IMG/VR virus record: IMGVR_UViG_2522125155_000001
Location: 1 to 64,000 of that record
Source of the DNA: a virus
Taxonomy: Duplodnaviria > Caudoviricetes
Reading direction: 5' to 3' (one strand)
DNA length: 64,000 nt
Made by a program: the position numbers and the translations under genes. A model generated the notes under the pieces. That model was not told the origin of the DNA. It ran no database searches and saw nothing but the letters and a program-made list of their open reading frames with translations. Of the stretch, positions 56,989 through 64,000 are shown one piece after another (position 1 is the stretch's first letter; each line of letters starts with the position of its first letter).

Positions 56989-57518
56989 CGCTCTACCTCG
57001 GCATCGACCAGTCCTACGGCGGCTTCGCGACGACCTTCTTCGACTCGGAGACGGGCACCCACGACACCCTCGTGCGCTCGTTCGAGGCAGGTCGCTACAT
57101 CTCGCAGGGATCCCGGCTCGCCGCTGTGGAGACGCACGTCGCGGACCTCCTGAGCGACCGGGCCCCCATGTGCACCGCCATGGAGGGCTACTCCATGGGC
57201 TCGAAGTTCGGCCGCGAGAAGTTGGGCGAACTGGGTGGCGTCACGAAGGCGACCCTGCACAAGCACGGGCGGCTGCCGTACATCGTCCAGCCCTCCACGC
57301 TGAAGAAGTTCGTCCTTGGCGCGGGGGCGGGCAAGACGAAGAACCTCATGCTCCTCGGGGTCTTCAAGAAGTGGGACGCCGAGTTCAACGACGACAACGC
57401 CGCCGACTCCTACGCCCTCGCCCGGCTCGCCCACCTCATCAGCAACCCCGGGCTGGTCGAGCACAAGTACGAGCAGGAAGTCATCAAGACCGTTCTGAAG
57501 GAAGCAGGCACCAAGTGA
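56985..57518 (+). CDS. RuvC-like Holliday junction resolvase
   Basis: LGIDQS, MEGYS, PSTLKKF, DNAADS. Confidence 0.85.
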   Translation: MTLYLGIDQSYGGFATTFFDSETGTHDTLVRSFEAGRYISQGSRLAAVETHVADLLSDRAPMCTAMEGYSMGSKFGREKLGELGGVTKATLHKHGRLPYIVQPSTLKKFVLGAGAGKTKNLMLLGVFKKWDAEFNDDNAADSYALARLAHLISNPGLVEHKYEQEVIKTVLKEAGTK

Positions 57519-57871
57519 ACCTCACCCACACCGACTACACCCTCATCGGGCTCGGCATCCTCGCCGCCCTGCTCTTCGTCACCACGGCGGTCTTCTGGCG
57601 CAAGTCGGAGGACCTGCAGGAAGACCTCGCCTTCGAGAGGTTCGAGCACGAGAACACCAAGGAGGACCTGCAGGCCGCTGAGGCGCGCACCGAGCGGGTC
57701 GTCCTCGACGTCGCACCAGTCCTCGTCCGCACGGCGTGGTCCTTCGGGATGTCGACTGCCCAGATGCGCGCGGCCGAGGTGCAGCGCAACGAGCAGATCG
57801 ACCGGGTCAAGGCGGCGATCAAGGTCACCGAGACCGGCAAGAAGTTGCTGGACTCGAAGATCGTCTTCTAG
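57515..57871 (+). CDS. Membrane-anchored coiled-coil protein
   Basis: N-terminal TM. Confidence 0.7.
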   Translation: MNLTHTDYTLIGLGILAALLFVTTAVFWRKSEDLQEDLAFERFEHENTKEDLQAAEARTERVVLDVAPVLVRTAWSFGMSTAQMRAAEVQRNEQIDRVKAAIKVTETGKKLLDSKIVF

Positions 57872-57958
57872 CCGATCAGGCGCTCGTTGTCAACCGGCTC
57901 GTCCGAACTCATAACCTAGAGGGACACGCAGCATTTCTCGGAACCCTCTGGAGTACTC

Positions 57959-58255
57959 ATGAGTGACATCTCGATCTCGGACGGGCCGGTTGACGACATC
58001 ATCCGGGTCGCAGGCAAGACCCCCGCCAGCAAGTTGGCCAGCGCGATCACCCACGCGGTGCTCGACAAGGGCCACGTGACGCTCCGGGCCATCGGCGCGG
58101 GCCCGGTGAATCAGGCCGTCAAGGCCATCGCCATCGCCCAGTCGTTCGTCGGCTCGCAGGCCCTCACCCTCAGCACGCGCATCGGCTTCGCCACCGTGCG
58201 GCTGCCGGACCAGAGCGAGGTCTCGGCCATGGTCTTCAAGGTGGAGGCCAAGTAA
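57959..58255 (+). CDS. SpoVS-family (Alba-fold) protein
   Basis: RAIGAGPVNQAVKAIAIA signature. Confidence 0.88.
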   Translation: MSDISISDGPVDDIIRVAGKTPASKLASAITHAVLDKGHVTLRAIGAGPVNQAVKAIAIAQSFVGSQALTLSTRIGFATVRLPDQSEVSAMVFKVEAK

Positions 58256-58350
58256 GACACGCAGGGTAAATCGGCTCGTCGGCTCTAGTTGACGGGCCGA
58301 TTCGCCATACACTGGGGAACGTCCTAATCCTGTGCCTGAGGAGCCACCTA

Positions 58351-58641
58351 ATGAGCCTTCAACCCGGCGGTCGCACGTCGTCGTTCTCGGACGGTGCTCT
58401 GGCCCAGTCCCCGGCGTCTCGGATCCACTCCATTCAGGAGGGTGCGGGCCGCGAGGGGTTCAAGCCGTCGTCGACTCTGGACGAGAACCAGATCTTCACG
58501 ACGGCCAACGGACAGTCCGAGGCCGACCGATCCCGGCAGCCCCTGAAGGGCCCCGGCTTCAGCACCAACGGCCTCTCCGATTCCACCTTCCAGTCGCGTC
58601 TGTGGCTGGGCTCGGCTCCCCGCACATTCGGCGGAAAGTGA
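58351..58641 (+). CDS. Low-complexity hypothetical protein
   Basis: GAGGAG RBS. Confidence 0.65.
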   Translation: MSLQPGGRTSSFSDGALAQSPASRIHSIQEGAGREGFKPSSTLDENQIFTTANGQSEADRSRQPLKGPGFSTNGLSDSTFQSRLWLGSAPRTFGGK

Positions 58642-58652
58642 AAGAGAACCTC

Positions 58653-58970
58653 ATGGCCAACAGCACCGCTCCCAAGTCCGCCTTCGCCACGCAGGGCAAG
58701 ATCGCCGCCCCCGTCAACGCGTCCGCCGCCCCCTCCGCCAACACCTCGCCGGTCGCCAAGCACGGCAGCGCCGGTGGCATGCTCGACGGCGCGACGGCGA
58801 ACCACCGTCAGGGCGTCATGGAGCCCCACGGCGCGGCCTTCAAGATCACCGCGACCCTCTACAAGCAGAACGCGGCCGAGGCCAGCGCGACGCAGCGCAA
58901 CGTGCGACTCGTCCCCTCCGCCATCGGCAACCGCGACTTCTGGGCCTCGCGCGACCGCTCACGCGTCTGA
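58653..58970 (+). CDS. Ala-rich hypothetical protein
   Basis: Codon usage, RBS. Confidence 0.7.
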   Translation: MANSTAPKSAFATQGKIAAPVNASAAPSANTSPVAKHGSAGGMLDGATANHRQGVMEPHGAAFKITATLYKQNAAEASATQRNVRLVPSAIGNRDFWASRDRSRV

Positions 58971-59123
58971 GGACGCCTTCGGGGTCGTGATCTCGCGGTG
59001 GTTCAGCACTGCCCAGTCCGCGTCGACCTCGTCGACAAAGGGCCCCTCGCGGAAGAGGCAGTCCGAGCAGTGCGCCCAGAACTCTCCGTAGCCGTCGATG
59101 ACGGTCCCAATCGTGTGTGCCAC
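58959..59123 (-). CDS. Small CxxC/H protein on the opposite strand
   Basis: AHCSDC...H; CATACT 6 nt before GTG. Confidence 0.5.
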   Translation of the reverse strand: MAHTIGTVIDGYGEFWAHCSDCLFREGPFVDEVDADWAVLNHREITTPKASSDA

Positions 59124-59137
59124 CCAAGGAGTATGAC

Positions 59138-59689
59138 ATGAGCGACGAGAAGCGCTTCGACAACAGCATGGCCAAGGACGCTTCAACGTTCGCTGGAATG
59201 GTCAACAACCCCGACATCGGCGGGTCCTCGTACCACGTCCTGAGCCGCCAGTTCCTCAACGTCGGCGTCGACCGGGCGCACATGGTCGGGGGCCACGAGT
59301 TCGCGGGAACCAACACCCGCATCCCCGAGTCCTTCCACGACGCACCGCTCGGCAGCCACGAGGCCCACGCGCACTTCGTCCGCACGGCGGTCAACACCGG
59401 CGGCGACGTCAAGGCCTACGCCGGAGGCTGGGCCGAGGACGGGAAGGCCGTGCTCGACGCGTCCACCCGCTACGCCAGCAAGAAGGACGCCGTCCCCGTC
59501 GCCAAGCAGCGCGGGGAGCGGGAGATCTTCGACTCCAAGAAGATCGAGTCCTACAAGACGCCGGGCGTCCCCGAGGGGAACACCAACACCGCCCCGGCCC
59601 CGGACGTCGCGGCCCCCAAGCCGACGGTCTCGAAGACCCCGCGCGGCTCCACGAAGATCCAGAGCAACCTGCGGGCCGTGAAGGCCTGA
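59138..59689 (+). CDS. Hypothetical protein, possible SAM-lyase-like fold
   Basis: YAGGWAEDGKAVLDAS...A...GEREIFD; AAGGAG RBS. Confidence 0.55.
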   Translation: MSDEKRFDNSMAKDASTFAGMVNNPDIGGSSYHVLSRQFLNVGVDRAHMVGGHEFAGTNTRIPESFHDAPLGSHEAHAHFVRTAVNTGGDVKAYAGGWAEDGKAVLDASTRYASKKDAVPVAKQRGEREIFDSKKIESYKTPGVPEGNTNTAPAPDVAAPKPTVSKTPRGSTKIQSNLRAVKA

Positions 59690-59690
59690 C

Positions 59691-60215
59691 ATGTCCTTCC
59701 AGTTCCTGCCGCCCGTCGACCAGTCGGGCTCCGTCGTCCGCGCCAACGGTGGGGGCGGCACGCAGGTCGTTGGCTACCGCAGCGTCCTCGACGCCCAGCG
59801 CTCTCTCGGGCAGGGTGCACGCACCCCGAGCGCGGAGTACCCCGACGGCTACCTCGGCACGATCAACTCCCGGCGAGGCGACCGGCTGCTGAAGAACCTG
59901 CAGAGCCGCCTCACCCAGCGCTCGTACCAGCGCGGCGTCCACAAGGGCGACAAGATCGACCCCGGCGACTACGCGTGGCCCGCAGGCAACGTCCACCCCA
60001 TGGCAGGCATCGAGGCTCAGTCTCGTGGCCAGCGGTGGACCCAGCAGGGCAGCGCGGTCGAGAAGTTGGCGCACGGAGGCAAGGTCCCCGCGCTCTCGCC
60101 CGAGGAGATGCTCGCCGTCCAGCAGCAGTACGGCGTCGCCGACAACAACCACACCCAGATGGTCAACCCGCAGCGCCGAGCCCAGATGGCTTCAGCGCTG
60201 CCTCGATGGAAGTAG
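59691..60215 (+). CDS. Hypothetical protein
   Basis: Coupled ORF; AEYPDGYLGTI...YQRGVHKG. Confidence 0.75.
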   Translation: MSFQFLPPVDQSGSVVRANGGGGTQVVGYRSVLDAQRSLGQGARTPSAEYPDGYLGTINSRRGDRLLKNLQSRLTQRSYQRGVHKGDKIDPGDYAWPAGNVHPMAGIEAQSRGQRWTQQGSAVEKLAHGGKVPALSPEEMLAVQQQYGVADNNHTQMVNPQRRAQMASALPRWK

Positions 60216-60219
60216 AACG

Positions 60220-61851
60220 ATGGCTGCCAAGAAGAGCCCCGCCCAGAAGGCGGCAGAGACCCGGGCACGCCGCAACCCCCTGACGGGTGGCGAGCCGAAC
60301 ACCTACAGCGCTGTCGGAGAGGGCCGTTCGCTGCCCGCCCCGACGAACGTGCGCGCATGGAAGGGCGACGGCCGAGAGGCCTCCCGTCTCCGTGCCCAGC
60401 ACGTCGAGGCCACCAAGCCCGGGGGCCTCCCGGACGCACAGGTGGGCTACCGCAAGCCCGAGGGCATGTCGGACCGGCACTTCACGTGGCTCTCCGGTGG
60501 CCACCACATGTTCCCCAACGAGGGAGCCGAGCGTGGCAACGCCGCCATCAACGAGCCCCACGCCCACCACCCCGAGGTGACGGTTCAGCGCCGAGCAGAG
60601 GACCTCTCCGGCGGCGAGTACCGCAAGGGCACCGCCGTGCTCGCGCACTTCGGCCACGACCCGAAGGACCCCGTCGGCTCGCTCGCCGACCTCCACTCGC
60701 GCACCCTGCACCGCGTCATGGCCGAGCACAATCAGGCCGGAGTCGAGGAGTCGTCCTCCCAGAAGTTCTACGGGGGCCGCACGCAGACCGAGATCCCCTC
60801 GCACCCCGACATGGACGCCAAGCACTACGACGGCGTCAACGCTGCCCAGACGCGGCTGCGTCAGGCCACCCAGACGGTCTCCAACCACCCCCAGTTCGCC
60901 TCCCAGACGGCAGGGCTGGAGCGCAGCGACCGGCAGGCTGCAGCCCGGGCCCTCGTGCATCAGGCAGCGGCCGACACGAGCCCCAACAACAAGTGGCGCG
61001 ACGGCGAGCACCGCTGGCCCAACATCGAGCAGGCCGAGGAGGCCGTCAAGTCCGGCATCACCGGTGAGGCCCCGAAGTTCATCGGCGGGCGGATCCAGAA
61101 CAACGACAAGGCCGCTGGCCGCGCTGCCGACATGATCCAGTCCGGCCAGTTCGACACCCACGGCTACGGCAACCCGAAGCAGGCGGCGAAGACCGTCGCC
61201 TTCCGTGGCGCGCTGGCCGACGTCAACCACGCCGACGCCTACAAGGTCAGCGACGTGCACGAGGCCTCGGTCGTGGCCCCGGGCCTGTCGACGTCGAAGT
61301 CCAAGGTCTACGTGGGTGGCGGCAAGAGCGGGAACACCTACATCCACCCCGACCACCCCAAGAGCGCCACCAAGGGGCTCACGCAGGTCTTCGTGCCCAA
61401 CAACAGCCGTGAGGGCACCCTGAAGCCCAAGGTCGGCCTCGCCCGCACCGAGGAGATGCTCGCCAAGGGTGACTCGTACGTGCACGCGCTCAACGATCAC
61501 GCCACGCGCCGCGCGCTGGCAGACAACGGGCTGTCCCGGAGCGTCAACCACGCCGACAACGTCCACCCGGCTCAGGCGGCGGCGTGGGGCTCACAGCAGA
61601 TGATCCGCAAGGACGTCATGGTCAGCCACGCCGACCAGTACCCCGTCGTCCGCGACTGGGGCCACGAGGGCATCAACGTCCCGAACCACGGCGACGTGCT
61701 GGGCGCGCTCTCGCGTGGGGAGACGCACACCCACATGGGTCCGCAGTTCCGCAGCAACCCGAACACCACGGGCATCTCGAAGAGCCCGGAGACGGCGCAC
61801 TTGGTGAACCCGACGAAGAGCAAGCCCTACCCGGTCATGCCGGGGGAGTGA
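60220..61851 (+). CDS. Hypothetical protein with a glycosylase-like helical core
   Basis: FY, SPNNKW, KTVAF, SDVH, QAAAW motif series. Confidence 0.6.
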   Translation: MAAKKSPAQKAAETRARRNPLTGGEPNTYSAVGEGRSLPAPTNVRAWKGDGREASRLRAQHVEATKPGGLPDAQVGYRKPEGMSDRHFTWLSGGHHMFPNEGAERGNAAINEPHAHHPEVTVQRRAEDLSGGEYRKGTAVLAHFGHDPKDPVGSLADLHSRTLHRVMAEHNQAGVEESSSQKFYGGRTQTEIPSHPDMDAKHYDGVNAAQTRLRQATQTVSNHPQFASQTAGLERSDRQAAARALVHQAAADTSPNNKWRDGEHRWPNIEQAEEAVKSGITGEAPKFIGGRIQNNDKAAGRAADMIQSGQFDTHGYGNPKQAAKTVAFRGALADVNHADAYKVSDVHEASVVAPGLSTSKSKVYVGGGKSGNTYIHPDHPKSATKGLTQVFVPNNSREGTLKPKVGLARTEEMLAKGDSYVHALNDHATRRALADNGLSRSVNHADNVHPAQAAAWGSQQMIRKDVMVSHADQYPVVRDWGHEGINVPNHGDVLGALSRGETHTHMGPQFRSNPNTTGISKSPETAHLVNPTKSKPYPVMPGE

Positions 61852-61990
61852 GGTCCTCGTCCGGCGGGAAGTAGATGTCCGCGAGGTGTTCTTGGTCCGG
61901 GTAGACGGCTAGGAACGCCTCGCGGCTCTCGAAGTCGTCCTTCTCCGGCATCGCGCCGGGGGAGTCATATACAGGTCCGTTGGTCGTCAT
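61835..61990 (-). CDS. Small acidic protein (leaderless)
   Basis: TAGACT 7 nt before ATG on the minus strand. Confidence 0.55.
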   Translation of the reverse strand: MTTNGPVYDSPGAMPEKDDFESREAFLAVYPDQEHLADIYFPPDEDLTPPA

Positions 61991-62035
61991 GCAAGCCAGT
62001 CTACCGTGTAAAGCCATTCGATGGGAGAGATTGAC

Positions 62036-62332
62036 ATGCTGAACGCCGACGGTGTCTACGACCGCACCAAGCCGTGGAACTCGCTGCCCGAGGCGCGGCT
62101 GACCGCCACTCTCGGTGCCCTCGCCGGTGCCTCGGCCGAGCAGATCCAAGCCCTGCGCCCGCCCCTGCCGAACACCGTGCTCTTCCCGGCTCGCTTCGGC
62201 TTCGAGAAGGTCGAGCCCTCCGTCGAGGACTGCTTCCGCCAGCGCACCCAGTACCCCACCGCCCAGAACGACTACACCCGCGTGCAGCCCGGCTACAGCG
62301 GGTCGTCAGTACAGTCTCTCGGCTCGATGTAA
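62036..62332 (+). CDS. Hypothetical protein
   Basis: GGAGA RBS. Confidence 0.7.
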   Translation: MLNADGVYDRTKPWNSLPEARLTATLGALAGASAEQIQALRPPLPNTVLFPARFGFEKVEPSVEDCFRQRTQYPTAQNDYTRVQPGYSGSSVQSLGSM

Positions 62333-62345
62333 GTACCCTAGAACC

Positions 62346-62495
62346 ATGTCTCGTAAGCCGCTTCGCGCCACCGACCGCCGTAAGGGCAAGGTCAGGGATC
62401 CTCAGAAGGACTCCTCGACCGGTTCGGCGAACCCGCTTGCGTCCCTGTTCAACGACCGCCGCCACGCGAATGGCGCGGGGAAGCGAGCCCACTGA
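62346..62495 (+). CDS. Small basic protein (leaderless)
   Basis: TACCCT 6 nt before ATG. Confidence 0.55.
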   Translation: MSRKPLRATDRRKGKVRDPQKDSSTGSANPLASLFNDRRHANGAGKRAH

Positions 62496-62728
62496 TGACC
62501 TACGGTCCCACCCGCAGCATGAACGCCGACCTCCACATCGGTGCCACCGAGGGCTCCTTCAAGAAGGTCATCCGCAACCGTGGCGGCTTCGTCGAGGCCA
62601 CCACGACCGCCGCGCGCCAGCCCCTCAACGACACGTGGTACGGCATCCACGAGACCCCGAACCAGATGTCCGGCGACGGTGTCGTCCTCCCGCCCCGTGA
62701 CTACGTGGAGACCCCGCCGGTTCGCTGA
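62495..62728 (+). CDS. Hypothetical protein
   Basis: TGATG coupling. Confidence 0.7.
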   Translation: MTYGPTRSMNADLHIGATEGSFKKVIRNRGGFVEATTTAARQPLNDTWYGIHETPNQMSGDGVVLPPRDYVETPPVR

Positions 62729-62804
62729 CTTGCGCCGCGTCAAGCGGAGCACCTAATCTGATTTACGCACCTGTACCTAATTCGCTGAACGAAAAGGATC
62801 ACAC

Positions 62805-63284
62805 ATGTCGGACCACGTCCGCCTACTGCTCTGCCACGAGGACAAGACGCTGGAGCAGGTCGAGGACTACGAGGGCGACCCGCACAACGACTGGGCCCTG
62901 AAGTACGTGCTGGAGAAGCACCGCTACCCCTCCGGTGACCCTCATCTCGGCCAGATGCTCCGCGTCGAGAAGAAGCACTGGGACCTCCCGTCGACCCGCG
63001 AGGCCATCGAGAAGCAGATCCGCGACAGCGCGGGCCACACCGGTCTCGACCAGTCCTTCTACGACACCAAGGACACCCTCGGCGAGGACGCCCTGAAGTG
63101 CTTCGAGAAGCACGGTCGCAACCCCGGCTGCAGCAACTACCGGGACGAGGACAAGCGCCTGAGCGCTGGCACCGACCGAGAGCGCAAGAGCCTCGGTCTC
63201 CAGCCGCTTCGCTCGAACCACTTCCTCTGCGACCACTGCCCTGTCCACTCCATGGTCATGGCCCACAAGAACCGGAACCTCTGA
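62805..63284 (+). CDS. Cys/His-containing hypothetical protein
   Basis: C..H...C...CDHCPVH; AAGGA RBS. Confidence 0.8.
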   Translation: MSDHVRLLLCHEDKTLEQVEDYEGDPHNDWALKYVLEKHRYPSGDPHLGQMLRVEKKHWDLPSTREAIEKQIRDSAGHTGLDQSFYDTKDTLGEDALKCFEKHGRNPGCSNYRDEDKRLSAGTDRERKSLGLQPLRSNHFLCDHCPVHSMVMAHKNRNL

Positions 63285-63292
63285 GGAGCATC

Positions 63293-63511
63293 ATGATCGA
63301 CCCCGCTGACCTGCAGAACCGCTTCGACTTCCACCCCGCCACCGACGAGGAGAAGCGCAACGCCCACACGAGCGTCCGCGTCGCTGCCTACGAACTCGCG
63401 CAGTTCGTCAACGTCAAGGTGCCGGATGGCCGGGAGAAGGCCACCGCCATCACCAAGATCGAGGAGGCCATGTTCTGGGCGAACGCGGCTCTCGCGCGGA
63501 GCAACGGCTGA
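63293..63511 (+). CDS. Acb2/Tad1-like signalling-nucleotide sponge
   Basis: RFDFH...REKATAITKIEEAMFWANAALAR helical hairpin. Confidence 0.75.
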   Translation: MIDPADLQNRFDFHPATDEEKRNAHTSVRVAAYELAQFVNVKVPDGREKATAITKIEEAMFWANAALARSNG

Positions 63512-63903
63512 TGGGCGACATCATCATCCCGGCCGGAGCGAAGACCGCTCCCATGCCCGACCTCAACTCCCTCCCCGAGGCTGACCTCGACGCCCTCGCC
63601 GCCAAGGTGAACGACGAGGAGACCTACCCGCAGGTCCGCACGGCCTTCGCCGTCGTCATCGGCCTCGACGGGCAGATCAGCCTCGACCCGTCGCTCGTCA
63701 AGAACGTGCGCGTCATGCGCGAGCCCCACAACGACGACGTCATCGGCGCGCTGGCCGCTCTGCAGACCGACGTCCAGACCTCCCTCGCGGCGGTCAAGAC
63801 GGCCCAGATCATGCAGCAGCAGGCCATGGCGATGCAGGAGCAGATGCGCGAGCAGCAGATGCACTCACGCGTCCAGCAAGCCTTGTCGAGCGGCAAGAGG
63901 TAA
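63511..63903 (+). CDS. Hypothetical protein
   Basis: TGATG coupling, Gln-rich C-terminus. Confidence 0.75.
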   Translation: MGDIIIPAGAKTAPMPDLNSLPEADLDALAAKVNDEETYPQVRTAFAVVIGLDGQISLDPSLVKNVRVMREPHNDDVIGALAALQTDVQTSLAAVKTAQIMQQQAMAMQEQMREQQMHSRVQQALSSGKR

Positions 63904-64000
63904 ACCGGACCACTCGAACCCGTTACCCTATATAGATGCTGGTCATGGCCATTGACGGGGTCCTAAGGGATCCCGGCACACGTGAGGTAATTCCGTCAGG

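Noticed and set aside
7387-61566. Long minus-strand ORFs (e.g. 7387-9075, 12568-14535, 16915-19248, 46120-49098)
   Set aside because: Typical high-GC antisense shadows of well-supported plus-strand genes
1-64000. tRNA or tmRNA genes
   Set aside because: No cloverleaf with T-loop and acceptor stem recognised in the intergenic gaps by eye; tRNAscan/ARAGORN would be decisive

Overview
The window is a high-GC actinobacteriophage genome segment with nearly all genes on the + strand. It appears to be a temperate phage with a contractile (myovirus-type) tail. Gene order: large serine integrase (1-1647); small accessory genes (ParB-like, metallophosphoesterase, HicA-like, KTSC, PC4-like); terminase, portal, scaffold, capsid, neck, sheath, tube, tape measure (M23 peptidase plus transglycosylase), baseplate, fibres and holin-like genes (7.5-37.4 kb); a replication/recombination block with HTH initiator and iteron-like origin, DnaB, primase, SNF2 helicase, gp32-like SSB, PolA, class II RNR, RecA, two resolvases, WhiB, Cas4-like nuclease and dNMP kinase (37.5-57.9 kb); and an accessory block with SpoVS, SAM-lyase-like, glycosylase-like and Acb2/Tad1-like genes (58-64 kb). 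The most striking unannotated signals are: (i) a dispersed 28-bp dyad, GWCAAYCGG-N10-CCGRTTGWC, with about 20 copies at gene boundaries and probable internal promoters; (ii) several multi-stem intergenic RNAs; (iii) a candidate +1 frameshift in the tail chaperone; and (iv) apparent avoidance of AGCT, CCWGG and CTCGAG. All family calls come from motif recognition by eye; no database searches were run.
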